From Myxococcales bacterium (GTDB lineage Bacteria; Myxococcota_A; UBA9042): a stretch of DNA of 61,299 bases. The translations under genes and the position numbers were made by a program. Of the stretch, positions 1 to 10,135 are shown piece after piece; position 1 is the first letter of the stretch; each line of letters starts with the position of its first letter. The stretch lies in NCBI GenBank assembly GCA_037441385.1, contig JBBISH010000024.1, positions 1-61,299 on the forward strand. The letters run 5' to 3'. The notes beneath the pieces are model-generated. The model was not told the DNA's origin, searched no databases, and worked only from the letters and a program-made list of their open reading frames with translations.

Positions 1-3
1 GTT

Positions 4-87
4 CCTGGACCTGGGCCTGAGCCTGAGCCTGTTCCTGAGCCTGAGCCTGGGCCTGTTCCTGGACCTGAACCTGGGCCTGGGCCTGAA
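4..87. repeat. Tandem hexamer array (CCTGNN)x14, probably truncated by the window edge
   Basis: Invariant CCTG every 6 bp: cctgga cctggg cctgag cctgag cctgtt ... cctgaa. Reverse complement of the NCAGGN arrays at 2867 and 35219. Confidence 0.95.
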
Positions 88-461
88 GCAACGTGCCCCC
101 ACGCGCCCGGAGGCATGGGCGAGTCCAGCGAACTCGGCCAAGTGGGGACCGGAGCCACTCCAACTCCAACGGAATCCCCGAGGACGGGTTGGCGCCAGAG
201 GTTTCACGCCCGCCGTCGTGGACCTGCTGCGCCGCGTCCTGACGCGCAGGCACCCGCCTGAGATGGAGAAGTGACGAGAAGACTTCCTGAAAGGCGCAGA
301 GAACCGGGGCGTTGCCTCTAGGGAGGCCGAAGCTATCTTCGACCGCCTCTCCACAGCCGCCAGCACCTGCGTCCCCAAAGCCGAGACCGTCGCCAAGGCG
401 ACCCTCCACCGGCAGCTGGCATGGCTCAAGTGCCACTATCCGCAAGAATTCTCAGCAGCTC

Positions 462-1673
462 TTACGAGCTGATCCCTCCGCCGATCCCGCCCGCCAACGC
501 CAAACCATTGACCGCCCGGCACTCGCCGCGCAGCGGAAATGGCGCCACCGTGCGGCAGGCGATCACCTGGCTGCGCACCCGCGCCCCACCCGAGCCGTTC
601 ATCAGGGCGGCGCAGTGCTGCAGCGCGGCGGCGTCGCGCGGCGTTGGCGTTTCGGTCCACTTGCACTCGACCAAGTCGAGGTACACGCCGTTGCCAACGA
701 CGAAATCGACCTCGCCGCCGTCGGTATCACGATAGAAATACAGGGTTTCGCTGGTCGGCCGCCACGACAGCGCCTTGCGCAGCTCGGCACACACCGCGGT
801 TTCCCACAGCGGCCCCGACCACGGCGAGGCCCGCACGGCGGCCAGGTCGAGGCCCATCAAGAAGGCCGCGAGCCCAGGATCGTTGAAGTAGAGCTTGGGC
901 GACTTCACCAGTTGCTTCGACAGGTTGCCATGCCACGGTGCGACCAACGTCAGCTGGTTGCAGGCCTGCAGCGCCGACAGCCAGGCCGCGGCGGTCTTGG
1001 TCGAGATGCCGGCGTCGCGGGCCAGCGCGGTCTTGTTGAGCAACTGGCCGGTCCGGGCGGCACACAGGCGCATGAACCGCTCAAAGTCCGACAGGTTGCC
1101 CACGTCGAGCGCCACCCGCAGGTCGCGCTCCAGGTAGGTCGCCAGATACGAAGCATAGAACTCGGAGCTCGGCAGGCCCGGCTGCCGCCACAGCGCCGGG
1201 TAGAACCCACGGTGGATGGCTACCGCCGGGTCGGCAAGCAGCGGATGCCCCGGTTCTGCCGCAGCAATTTCAATCGTCGAGAGCGGGTGCAGGTCGAGCA
1301 CCGCGGCGCGGCCCGCCAAGCTCTCGGCGGTCGACTGCATCAGGGCGAACTGCTGTGAGCCGGTGAGCACGAACTGCCCAGGCTGCAGGCCACCAGCGTC
1401 GACCGCGGCCTTGACATGGCGAAAAAGCCCAGGAGCATACTGCACTTCGTCGACCAGCACCGGCGGCGGATGCCGCTGCAAGAAGCCGTGGGGATCCGCG
1501 TCGGCCGCCCGCGCCTCGCTCGGCAAGTCGAGGCTGACGTAGTGGTGCTGCGGAAACGTCGCCCGCAGCAGGGTGGTCTTGCCGGTCTGGCGGGCGCCGG
1601 TCAGGACCACGACGGGGAAGAAATCGGCAAGCGTTTTGAGGCGATCGGCAATGCGGCGAGCGATGTAGTGCAT
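462..1673 (-). CDS. AAA+ ATPase, AAA_14 + DUF4143 family
   Basis: Starts MHYIARRIA. Walker A GARQTGKT, Walker B VLVDEVQY, TGSQ..ESLAGR, KSPKLYFND.G and C-terminal YRD..G.EVDFV..ECK are typical of the family. Confidence 0.9.
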   Translation of the reverse strand: MHYIARRIADRLKTLADFFPVVVLTGARQTGKTTLLRATFPQHHYVSLDLPSEARAADADPHGFLQRHPPPVLVDEVQYAPGLFRHVKAAVDAGGLQPGQFVLTGSQQFALMQSTAESLAGRAAVLDLHPLSTIEIAAAEPGHPLLADPAVAIHRGFYPALWRQPGLPSSEFYASYLATYLERDLRVALDVGNLSDFERFMRLCAARTGQLLNKTALARDAGISTKTAAAWLSALQACNQLTLVAPWHGNLSKQLVKSPKLYFNDPGLAAFLMGLDLAAVRASPWSGPLWETAVCAELRKALSWRPTSETLYFYRDTDGGEVDFVVGNGVYLDLVECKWTETPTPRDAAALQHCAALMNGSGGARVRSQVIACRTVAPFPLRGECRAVNGLALAGGIGGGISS

Positions 1674-1686
1674 TATGGAAAGTATT

Positions 1687-1713
1687 ACTTCCCGATTTTT
1701 GGGAAGTTTGACA
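1687..1713. promoter_or_regulatory. Inverted repeat ACTTCCC-N7-GGGAAGT next to TTGACA; candidate operator in the divergent promoter
   Basis: Perfect 7-bp inverted repeat at 1687-1707 in an AT-rich 55-bp gap between the ATPase and WYL genes; TTGACA at 1708-1713. Confidence 0.5.
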
Positions 1714-1728
1714 AATCTAACTGATACC

Positions 1729-2799
1729 ATGAACGAATGCAAGGAGCCGGCGAAGCGCAGGCTCCTTGCCACTGACACGCCCCACCCACCTCGCCACAGT
1801 CCCCTGCACGCGACGCCCCCGTCGCCAGGCCAACCGATTACCGAAACTCTCGCGCGCCAGTGGTGGATGCTGCTGATGGTCTCGCGGGCGCCGCGCGAGG
1901 TCGACACCGCCAAGCTGCAGGCCATGCTCCAGCAGTGCGACTTTGACATCGACCAACGCACCATCCAGCGCGATTTGCGCAAGCTGATGAAGGTCTTTCC
2001 GCTGCAGTGCGACGAGGTGCATCGGCCGCTTGGCTGGTCGTGGCGCCCCGATGCCGACTCGGTCAGCCTGCCCAAGATGGATCTGCACGCCGCGCTGGCT
2101 TTCCACATGGCGGAAGAGCACTTGCGCAACCTGCTGCCCGACGTGACCCGCGCCCACCTGGCCCCGTGGTTCGCCCAGGCGCGCTCGACCCTGACCGCGG
2201 CGACGCGCCACAACCTGGCGAACTGGCCCAAGAAAGTGCGCTACGTGTCGGCCGGTCAGCCGCTGCTCCCCGCGCAAGTGGCGCCCGACGTGCTGGAGGC
2301 CGTGCAAGAGGCCCTGCTGGCCGGCAAGCAACTGCTGGTGCGCAACCGGCGGCGCGGCGACCGCGAGCCACTGGAATTTCCTGCCCATCCCCAGGCGCTG
2401 GTCTACCGCGATGGCGCGCCGCTACTGCTCGCGCTGCTGGGCGACCGCCCCGACGTGCGCCAGCTCAACCTGCCGCGCATGGAGGCGGCCCAGGTCGTCG
2501 ACGAGCCGGCGCTGCAAGCCGCGGACTTCGACCTGGACGCCTTTATCGCCGCGCGGCCGTTCGACTTTGCCCTGGACGGCGGCACCATCGAGCTGAAGTG
2601 CCTGTTCGACCCGCGAGCGGCGCCGTGCGTGCTGGAAACGCCGTTGGCGGCTGGCCAGAACGCCGAGACCCAGGCCGACGGCCGAGTGCTGGTGACGGCC
2701 AAGGTGCCCGATACCAGCCAGTTGCGCCATTGGCTGCGCGGGTTTGGGTCGATGGTCGAGGTGCTGGCGCCGGCGGGATTGCGCGAGCATGTGGTGTAA
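1729..2799 (+). CDS. HTH-WYL-WCX transcriptional regulator
   Basis: wHTH TLARQW..RTIQRDL..FPL..P.GWSW; WYL region AHPQALVYR..LLA..RQLNLPRM; WCX region ETPL..Q..V.DT.QL.HWL.GFG..VEVL.P.LR. Start uncertain. Confidence 0.88.
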   Translation: MNECKEPAKRRLLATDTPHPPRHSPLHATPPSPGQPITETLARQWWMLLMVSRAPREVDTAKLQAMLQQCDFDIDQRTIQRDLRKLMKVFPLQCDEVHRPLGWSWRPDADSVSLPKMDLHAALAFHMAEEHLRNLLPDVTRAHLAPWFAQARSTLTAATRHNLANWPKKVRYVSAGQPLLPAQVAPDVLEAVQEALLAGKQLLVRNRRRGDREPLEFPAHPQALVYRDGAPLLLALLGDRPDVRQLNLPRMEAAQVVDEPALQAADFDLDAFIAARPFDFALDGGTIELKCLFDPRAAPCVLETPLAAGQNAETQADGRVLVTAKVPDTSQLRHWLRGFGSMVEVLAPAGLREHVV

Positions 2800-2866
2800 G
2801 AGCTTGCGGCGGCCCTTGGGCGGTATCGGAACGACATCCAGTAGCGGGCACGCACCGGACATGGGT

Positions 2867-2958
2867 TCGGGTTCAGGATCAGGTTCAGGTTCAGGATCAG
2901 GTTCAGGTGCAGGTTCAGGTACAGGTACAGGCTCAGGTCCAGGCTCAGGCTAAAAGTC
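2867..2958 (+). repeat. Tandem hexamer array (NCAGGN)x14 ending in TAAAAGTC
   Basis: tcgggt tcagga tcaggt ... tcaggc taaaagtc, between convergent genes. Confidence 0.95.
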
Positions 2959-2982
2959 CAACCGTTCGCGCCGGCTCCCCGC

Positions 2983-4785
2983 CTACCACCCCGCCACCGC
3001 CGCCGTCTCCGGCGCCTCGGGCTGCCGCCGCTGCATCTCGGCCCGCGCCCGCTGCAAGAGGTCGCGCTGCTGCGTCTGCCGCCCGATCGCCGCCAGCAGC
3101 CAAAGCGCCCGGACTTGCTGGGGATGCTGCTCAGCGTGCCGCTGCAGCGCCGCCACCGTGACCGCCAAGTCCCTACCCGCGACCATCCGCCCCGAGTCAG
3201 GATCCACCGCCAGATCGGGCAGATGCGGCGTGCCGGCTGGCAGCTTGCTCTTCAGGACCAGCAGCTCGGCCGCGTCGTCGAAGTCGACGAGCACGAATTC
3301 CGTAGACTGAAACACCAGTTGCCGCAGGTTGGGCGCCCCGTTCTGCAGGCGCCGCTCGCCCGGAGTGGTGTACTTCAGCAGCAACGTGGCGATGTGCAGG
3401 CGGTCCAAGCGGGCGCGCCAGTCGGCCGGACCATAGCGCAACTCTTGGTACTCTTTGATGTACGTGTCGGGCTTGTAGCACTCCAGGCAGTTGTGCACCA
3501 GCACCAGTCCGGGGGTATCGGGCGGCAGCGGCTGCGGCGTCGTCGGGACGCGGAAATTGCGCCATAGGTAGGTGCCGGCAAAGCCGTCGGAGACGAAGGC
3601 CCGCGTCGGCATTTTCCCAGCCAGATCGATGAGCTCTAGCGGATGGCGGCGGTGGTCGACGCCGTCTTGGCCCAGGCCCCAACTGTAGCGGCCCACCTGC
3701 AGCACGCCGCCCGCCAGCAGCACGGACACGCCCAGCACGGCCAGCAAGCGCTGAAGGCGCACGGGGATTTGCGGCAATCCCTCAGCAATCGGCGCCGCCG
3801 CCGGCAGCACCACCAGCGACAGCGGCATCACCATCCGCACGTGCTTGAGGGCCAGCACCGCAAAACCGGCCAGGATCAAAGCCGAACCGAACTGCCGCTG
3901 CCGCACGCCTACGGCCGCGAAACCCAAGGCCACCGCCAGCAGCGCCCACGCCGGCGCCATCTCCAGCGACAGGTCCAGGGGCCGGAACTCGGCCAGGTGC
4001 TGGTTCCAATAGGCGTTGCCCGAAAATTCCAGTGGAAGGCGCAGCACTTGCAAGCCCGCCGGCGCCAGCAGGGCCAGGCCCGCCAGGGCGATCACCGCCG
4101 CCAGCGTCGCCCCCAGCACGGTCGGCTGGGCGGACGGCGCTCCCTGGCGATTCCAACGTAGATTCAGCAGACTGCCGGCAGCCAGCGCGCCCCACAGCAG
4201 CAGCCCGTCCAAGCCGCCTGCGTGCAGTTGCAGGGCCAGGGCCGGCAGCAGGATCGCCAGGCCGCGCCGCCCCTTGCGCGACTCCGAGGCGGTGTCCACC
4301 GCCAGCAGCGCCGCGAGCACGGCCAGGGCCAGGCCGCTGACCCACATTGGCCGCTCGACAAAGCGAAAAGCAGCCGCCGCCACCGCCAGCGGCCCCAACA
4401 ACGCCGCCCACGCCACCGGCAACCCGGCCCGCAATGCGCCGAAAAGACCGGCAAAATAGGCCAAACCGATGACGGCCGCCTTGGCCAGCACCAGCGCCGG
4501 GATGCCACCGCGCTCGACCAGCCACGCCATCGCCGCCGCCGGCAGCCACTGGTGCTGGATCCAGGTGGCGCCATCGCCGTACCACGAAAAGGGGTTGAAG
4601 TCCGGCGGCTTGCCAAACGCCAGCACCCAGCGACCCGTGGCCAGGTGAAAGCCCGCGTCGTCGTTGTGCAGCGGAAAAACCGCCAGCAGGGCGGCCGCCA
4701 GGCCCAGCGCGAGCGGCAACAGCCACCCCAAATGCGGCGGCAAGTGCACGCGTGGGCTGGGTTGTTGCGTACTGCCTGCGTCCAT
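2983..4785 (-). CDS. Polytopic membrane protein, possibly a GT-C-fold glycosyltransferase
   Basis: Many hydrophobic helices. Loop motif DD..FHLATGR..P..NPFS..W..HQWL after TM1, plus ERP and LHAG motifs. Confidence 0.65.
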   Translation of the reverse strand: MDAGSTQQPSPRVHLPPHLGWLLPLALGLAAALLAVFPLHNDDAGFHLATGRWVLAFGKPPDFNPFSWYGDGATWIQHQWLPAAAMAWLVERGGIPALVLAKAAVIGLAYFAGLFGALRAGLPVAWAALLGPLAVAAAAFRFVERPMWVSGLALAVLAALLAVDTASESRKGRRGLAILLPALALQLHAGGLDGLLLWGALAAGSLLNLRWNRQGAPSAQPTVLGATLAAVIALAGLALLAPAGLQVLRLPLEFSGNAYWNQHLAEFRPLDLSLEMAPAWALLAVALGFAAVGVRQRQFGSALILAGFAVLALKHVRMVMPLSLVVLPAAAPIAEGLPQIPVRLQRLLAVLGVSVLLAGGVLQVGRYSWGLGQDGVDHRRHPLELIDLAGKMPTRAFVSDGFAGTYLWRNFRVPTTPQPLPPDTPGLVLVHNCLECYKPDTYIKEYQELRYGPADWRARLDRLHIATLLLKYTTPGERRLQNGAPNLRQLVFQSTEFVLVDFDDAAELLVLKSKLPAGTPHLPDLAVDPDSGRMVAGRDLAVTVAALQRHAEQHPQQVRALWLLAAIGRQTQQRDLLQRARAEMQRRQPEAPETAAVAGW

Positions 4786-4924
4786 CACTGCCCGCCGGCC
4801 GATCCCGGCCACGCGCCACCATAGCCCCTTTGCGGGCCGTTGTCGTCTGCCGCGAAGAACGGGCAAAATCGATCGACATTGCAGCGTTTTTGCCGTATCC
4901 TGCTGCCCCTTGTGGAGGCCGCCG

Positions 4925-5803
4925 ATGCAAAATACCAAGTGGATCCGAACCGGAGTTCTGGCTGTCGTTTTGGGTAGTTGCGCGGCCTTGTCGGGCTGCA
5001 CCAGCGACCCGGCCAGCGAAATCGGCTCGATGGAAGACGACCTGAAGGCCGGCGGCAATCCCAAGTGGATCTACGACGGACCGATGCCGTCGCTCAAAGA
5101 CGTGTCGATCGTCGTGTCGCTCAAGGGCCACACTGCCCGCGTCACCGGCACCCTGCCCAGCACGTTTACCGGCAGCCTGCCCTGGTACGCCAAGACCGCC
5201 ACCACTGCGGGCGTGACCAAGGTCACCATCGTCTACCCGGTCGCCACCGGCGCCAATGCCAGCAGCAACGGCCCGGGCAATTACAGCACCATCTACGGCC
5301 TGGCCTACGTCCCCACCACCAGCAAGGCGGCCTGGGGCGGCTTCCCGTTCCTGCAGTACCACGCCACCCGCGGCCTGGCCTTCCACGGCCCGATCACCGC
5401 GCAAGACGGCGAATGGAAGCTCATCCGCGGGCCGGTCTCGCACGGCTGCAACCGCATGCAGGGCGAGCACGTGGTCGAGCTGGCCAAGATCCTGGGCATC
5501 GACATGAGCCAGCCGCACAAGGCCTCGGAACAGTTCACCATCAAGACCAAGGTGTCGATCATCCAGGACTGGGACAGCGTGGACGGCAAGTACGTGGACG
5601 TGGACTACCCGGCGCTCAGCAGCGTCAAGCGGCCGCCCGCGGCGCAGAGCACGCTCTTCCCCACCTGGGCGTCGCAGGATCTGCCGCGCATGGTCTGCGA
5701 GTGGAACGCCACCCTGTGGACCACCGACCCGGTCAAGAACAAGACGCACTGCAACTACAAGCCTGCCAACAAGTTTGATCCGCTAGTCGGCCCCAAGCCG
5801 TAG
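4925..5803 (+). CDS. L,D-transpeptidase (YkuD-like) lipoprotein
   Basis: Lipobox LSGC; catalytic motif AFHG...VSHGCNRM. Confidence 0.8.
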   Translation: MQNTKWIRTGVLAVVLGSCAALSGCTSDPASEIGSMEDDLKAGGNPKWIYDGPMPSLKDVSIVVSLKGHTARVTGTLPSTFTGSLPWYAKTATTAGVTKVTIVYPVATGANASSNGPGNYSTIYGLAYVPTTSKAAWGGFPFLQYHATRGLAFHGPITAQDGEWKLIRGPVSHGCNRMQGEHVVELAKILGIDMSQPHKASEQFTIKTKVSIIQDWDSVDGKYVDVDYPALSSVKRPPAAQSTLFPTWASQDLPRMVCEWNATLWTTDPVKNKTHCNYKPANKFDPLVGPKP

Positions 5804-5887
5804 CTCGGGCGCACTCGCTCGTTTGCACCTGGCCGGTGGGTCCCGTAGCGTGTAGCCGTCGGCGGTGCACACCGCCCGGGAGCCCGT

Positions 5888-7615
5888 ATGTGTGGCATCG
5901 TCGCTCTTTTGGATCTGGATGGGCCTGACCTAGACCGCGGCCCGGCCGACCCCCAGCAAGCTCGCAGAACTGCTACTGAACTTGCCAAGCGAATTCGCCA
6001 CCGCGGCCCCGACTGGAGCGGCCTGTACCAAGACAACGGCGCCGTGCTGGCCCACGAGCGGCTGGCGATCGTCGACGTGGAGCACGGCGCCCAGCCGCTG
6101 GTCGACCGCCGGACCGGTGCGGTGCTGGCCGTCAACGGCGAGATCTACAACCACAAAGCACTGCAGCACCAGCTGAAAAAACATCACGAATTCGCCACGG
6201 AGTCGGACTGCGAGGTGCTGCTGTACCTGGCCGACGAAGAGCCACCGGCGCAATTCCTGCCCCGCGTCGGCGGGATCTTTGCCTTTGTGCTGTGGCACCC
6301 CACTGGGCGGTACTACCTGATCGCACGCGACGCGATCGGCGTGATTCCGCTGTACTACGGCTTTGACGGCGATGGTCGGCTGTGCGCGGCTTCGGAGCTG
6401 AAGGGCCTGCTGGGCCACTGCGACGACGTGCACGAATTTCCGCCCGGCTTCTACCTGGACTCGCGCGATCTGCGCCCAGGTGCCCCGCTGCCGCTGCAGC
6501 AGTGGTACAAGCCGACCTGGGCGGAGCCGGGCTATCTGCCCACCACGCCTTATGATCCGCAGGCGCTGCGCCAGGCGTTCGAGGCGGCGGTGCACCGCCA
6601 GCTGATGTGCGACGTGCCGTACGGCGTGCTGATCTCGGGCGGCGTCGACTCGTCGCTGGTAGCAGCCACGGCGGCGCGCTACGCGGCCAGGCGGGTCGAA
6701 AGCGAAGACCAGGAGCCGGCTTGGTGGCCGCGGCTGCACTCGTTTGCGGTGGGCCTGGACGGCGCGCCCGATTTTGGCCCGGCACGACATGTGGCGCAGT
6801 TCATCGGCTCGGTGCACCACGAGGTGCATTTCACGCTGCAAGAGGGTTTGGACGCGCTGTACGACGTCATCGGCCACCTGGAAACCTTTGACGTGACGAC
6901 GATTCGCGCCGGCACGCCGATGTACCTGCTGATGCGGCGGATCAAGTCGATGGGCATCAAGATGGTGCTGTCGGGCGAGGGCGCGGACGAGATCTTTGGC
7001 GGCTACCTGTACTTCCACAAGGCGCCGAATGCCGCCGAGCTGCACGCCGAGACGGTGCGCAAGCTGGCCAAGCTGCACAAGTACGACTGCCTGCGCGCCA
7101 ACAAGGCCGGGGCGGCCTGGGGCGTGGAAGTGCGCGTGCCGTTTCTGGATCCCGACTTCTTGGACGTGGCCATGCAGCTGGATCCCGCGATCAAGCTGCC
7201 GTACAAGGCGCCGCGGCCGCGGCCGATCGAGAAGTACCCGCTGCGCCAGGCTTTTCAGGGCGCGATCCCCGACGCGGTGCTGTGGCGGCAGAAGGAGCAG
7301 TTCAGCGACGGCGTGGGCTACGGCTGGATTGGCGGGCTGCGCGCTCATGCCGAGCAGGCCGTCAGCGACGCCCAGCTGGCGGCGGCGGCCGAGCGGTTCC
7401 CGGTCAAGACGCCCGAGACCAAGGAAGCCTATCTTTACCGCGAGTTGTTTGAGCGGCAGTTCCCAGGACCGGGGCCGGCCAGCTGCGTCGCCTGGGAGAA
7501 AAGCGTGGCCTGCAGCACGGCGATCGCCCTGGAGTGGGACGCGGCGTGGAAAAACCAGGCCGATCCCTCGGGCCGGGCGGTGCGCGACGTGCACGACGAA
7601 GGCCATACGCTCTGA
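5888..7615 (+). CDS. asnB: Asparagine synthetase B (glutamine-hydrolysing)
   Basis: MCGI Ntn start, RHRGPDWSG, NGEIYNH, SGGVDSS, SGEGADEIFGGY, RQKEQFSDGVG. Confidence 0.97.
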   Translation: MCGIVALLDLDGPDLDRGPADPQQARRTATELAKRIRHRGPDWSGLYQDNGAVLAHERLAIVDVEHGAQPLVDRRTGAVLAVNGEIYNHKALQHQLKKHHEFATESDCEVLLYLADEEPPAQFLPRVGGIFAFVLWHPTGRYYLIARDAIGVIPLYYGFDGDGRLCAASELKGLLGHCDDVHEFPPGFYLDSRDLRPGAPLPLQQWYKPTWAEPGYLPTTPYDPQALRQAFEAAVHRQLMCDVPYGVLISGGVDSSLVAATAARYAARRVESEDQEPAWWPRLHSFAVGLDGAPDFGPARHVAQFIGSVHHEVHFTLQEGLDALYDVIGHLETFDVTTIRAGTPMYLLMRRIKSMGIKMVLSGEGADEIFGGYLYFHKAPNAAELHAETVRKLAKLHKYDCLRANKAGAAWGVEVRVPFLDPDFLDVAMQLDPAIKLPYKAPRPRPIEKYPLRQAFQGAIPDAVLWRQKEQFSDGVGYGWIGGLRAHAEQAVSDAQLAAAAERFPVKTPETKEAYLYRELFERQFPGPGPASCVAWEKSVACSTAIALEWDAAWKNQADPSGRAVRDVHDEGHTL

Positions 7616-7651
7616 GGCTCCAACTACGTTGATTCAATGGAGGAAATTGCC

Positions 7652-10120
7652 ATGACGCAAAGGCGCTGGCGGGCCATGAAATTTGGCGGCACTTCGGTGG
7701 GCAGCGGCGCACGGATGCTGCACGTGGCCGATTTGGTGCAGGAAGCCCTGCGGACCCACCGGGTAGTGGTGGTGGCCTCCGCGGCGTCTGGGGTCACCAA
7801 CGCCCTGATCGCCGCGGCCGAAGGGGCCGAAAAGGGCGGCGACGCGGCCACCTTGACGGCGGCTTTTCGCAAGCGCCACGCCGAGATCCTGGCCGAGCTG
7901 GCCGGCGCCGTGGGCGATCAAGCTGCGCGCTTGGCCCAGCAGGTCGAGGCGATCGCCAGCGAGCTGGAAAACCTATTGCGGGGCGTGGCGTTGCTGCGCG
8001 ACTTGCCGCCGACCGCCCTGGCGCACATCTCGGGGCTGGGCGAGCGCGCCGCCTGTGCCTGCCTGCAGGCGATTTTTGCAGCCCGCGGCCAGGCTTGCCG
8101 GCTCTTGGACCCGGTAGAGCTGTTGCCGTGCACCGGCGATCCGCTGGCGGCGACGCCCGACACCAAGCGGATGTACGAACACTTTGCCAGCGTCCGCCAC
8201 GGTGAGCACGAACTGTGTCTGATGCCTGGTTTTTTTGGCGGAGACGGCCATGGCAAGGCCCTGAGCCTGGGCCGCGGCGGCTCGGACTGGTCGGGCGCGC
8301 TGGCGGCGGCGGCGATCGACGCGGAACTGCTTGAGATTTGGACAGATGTCGACGGTATCGCCAGCGCCGATCCGCGGGTGGTGGGCGAGGCGGTGCGCCT
8401 GCCCGAGCTGAGTTTTGACGAGGCGATGGAGCTGGCCCACTTTGGCGCCAAGGTGCTGCACCCCAAGACCATCGCCCCGGCGCGGGAAAAAGGAATCCCG
8501 GTGCGGGTTTGCGACACGTTCCACCCCGAGCTGCCGGGCACCTGGATCCGCGCCGAGGTGGCGCCGCCCGAACAGCCGGTGCGCGCCTGCACGTTGCTGG
8601 GTCAGGTGGCGCTGCTGACCATCGCCGGGCCGGGCATGCCGGGCGTGCCGGGCGTGGCGGCGCGGCTGTTCTCGGCCCTGGCGGATCGGCAGATCTCGGT
8701 GATCTTCATCACGCAGGCGTCCAGCGAATGCACGATTTCGCTGGGCGTGGCCACCGCCGAGGCCGAGCGCGCGCGCCAAGCCATCGAGCAGGCCTTTGAG
8801 TCCGAGATCGCCGCGCGGCGGGTGGATCCCGTGGAACTGCGCGTGGGGCTGTCGATTTTGTCGGTGGTGGGCGAGGGCATGCGGACCCGCGTGGGCATCG
8901 CCGGGACGTTCCTGGCCGCGCTGGGTCGAGTGGGCTGCAACGTGGTGGCGATCGCCCAGGGATCGAGCGAACGTTCGATTTCGGTGGTGGTGGCCGACGC
9001 CGACGCCGAGCGCGGCTTGCGCCACGTGCACCACTGCTTCTTTGGCACGCGCGAGACGGTGTCGGTGATCTTGTGCGGTCTGGGCACGGTGGGCGGCCGC
9101 CTGCTCGAGCAGCTCGCCGAGCTGCAGCCGACCCTGGCTACGGGCCCGATTCATCTGGAATTACTGGGTATCGCCAGCTCCAAGCGCTTCCTGGTCCAGC
9201 GCGGCGGCGTGAACCCGCGCACTGCCAAGCAAGACCTGGACGAGCGCGGCCAACCTGGCGACCTGAGCGCGCTGCTGGCCGCGATTGCCCGCGAGGAGCC
9301 CCTGCAAGCCATCCTGCTCGATTGTACGGCGTCGGCTGGCCTGGCTGCCGAGTACCCGCGCATCTTGCGCGCTGGCCTGCACTTGGTCGCGGCCAGCAAG
9401 CAGGCCAATAGCGCCAGTCTTTGGCACTACCGCGAGATCCGCCGAGTGGCGCAGCGGCACCGCCGCGAGTTCCGCTACGAGACCAACGTGGGCGCCGGCC
9501 TGCCGGTCATGGCGACTCTGCGCAGCCTGCTGGATGGCGGCGACAAGGTCGTTCAATTCGAAGGGATTTTGTCTGGGTCGCTGTCGCTCCTGTGCGGTCT
9601 GCTCGACGACGGCGTGCCCATCTCGCAGGCGGTGGCCCAAGCGCGCGCCGCCGGCATGACCGAGCCGGACCCACGCGACGACCTGTCGGGCCTGGACGTG
9701 GCCCGCAAAGTGCTGATCCTGGCTCGCGAAACCGGCATGGAGCTCGAACTGGATCAGGTTCAGGTGCGCGGCCTGCTGCCGGCCGATTTTGACGCCAGCG
9801 GACCGACCGAGGACTTCATGGCGCGCATGCCGCAGCTGGACGAGCGCATGGCCCGCGAGGTCGCCCAGGCCAAAAGCCAAGGGTCCGTGCTGCGCTACGT
9901 GGCGCGGTTTGGCCGCGACGGCTGCCAGGTGGGCCTGCAGGCCGTGCCGAGTCAGCAGCCCCTGGCGGCGGTTCGCGGCGGCGAAAACGCCTTTGCCTTC
10001 TTGACGGAACACTATCAACCGCGGCCGCTGGTGGTGCGCGGCTACGGCGCGGGCGCGGCGGTCACGGCCTCGGGCGTGCTGGCCGACGTGCTGACGATTG
10101 CGCGCGCGTCCCTGCGTTGA
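7652..10120 (+). CDS. thrA: Bifunctional aspartokinase/homoserine dehydrogenase
   Basis: KFGGTSV, LGRGGSD, IWTDVDG, two ACT domains, [26 protein letters not shown]. Alternative start 7637. Confidence 0.95.
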   Translation: MTQRRWRAMKFGGTSVGSGARMLHVADLVQEALRTHRVVVVASAASGVTNALIAAAEGAEKGGDAATLTAAFRKRHAEILAELAGAVGDQAARLAQQVEAIASELENLLRGVALLRDLPPTALAHISGLGERAACACLQAIFAARGQACRLLDPVELLPCTGDPLAATPDTKRMYEHFASVRHGEHELCLMPGFFGGDGHGKALSLGRGGSDWSGALAAAAIDAELLEIWTDVDGIASADPRVVGEAVRLPELSFDEAMELAHFGAKVLHPKTIAPAREKGIPVRVCDTFHPELPGTWIRAEVAPPEQPVRACTLLGQVALLTIAGPGMPGVPGVAARLFSALADRQISVIFITQASSECTISLGVATAEAERARQAIEQAFESEIAARRVDPVELRVGLSILSVVGEGMRTRVGIAGTFLAALGRVGCNVVAIAQGSSERSISVVVADADAERGLRHVHHCFFGTRETVSVILCGLGTVGGRLLEQLAELQPTLATGPIHLELLGIASSKRFLVQRGGVNPRTAKQDLDERGQPGDLSALLAAIAREEPLQAILLDCTASAGLAAEYPRILRAGLHLVAASKQANSASLWHYREIRRVAQRHRREFRYETNVGAGLPVMATLRSLLDGGDKVVQFEGILSGSLSLLCGLLDDGVPISQAVAQARAAGMTEPDPRDDLSGLDVARKVLILARETGMELELDQVQVRGLLPADFDASGPTEDFMARMPQLDERMAREVAQAKSQGSVLRYVARFGRDGCQVGLQAVPSQQPLAAVRGGENAFAFLTEHYQPRPLVVRGYGAGAAVTASGVLADVLTIARASLR

Positions 10121-10135
10121 GCGAGCGCCGCGACG

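Noticed and set aside
138..175. CCAAGTGGGG...CTCCAACGGAAT resembling the end of element B
   Set aside because: Only two short blocks match and the upstream sequence does not align; a possible relic, but unsupported.
2861..2953. 30-aa Gly-Ser microprotein MGSGSG... encoded by the array
   Set aside because: The sister array at 35219 has no equivalent start; an open frame is expected from a stop-free repeat.
7616..7651. thr attenuator or lysine riboswitch before thrA
   Set aside because: The gap after asnB is only 21-36 bp and has no Thr/Ile leader peptide.
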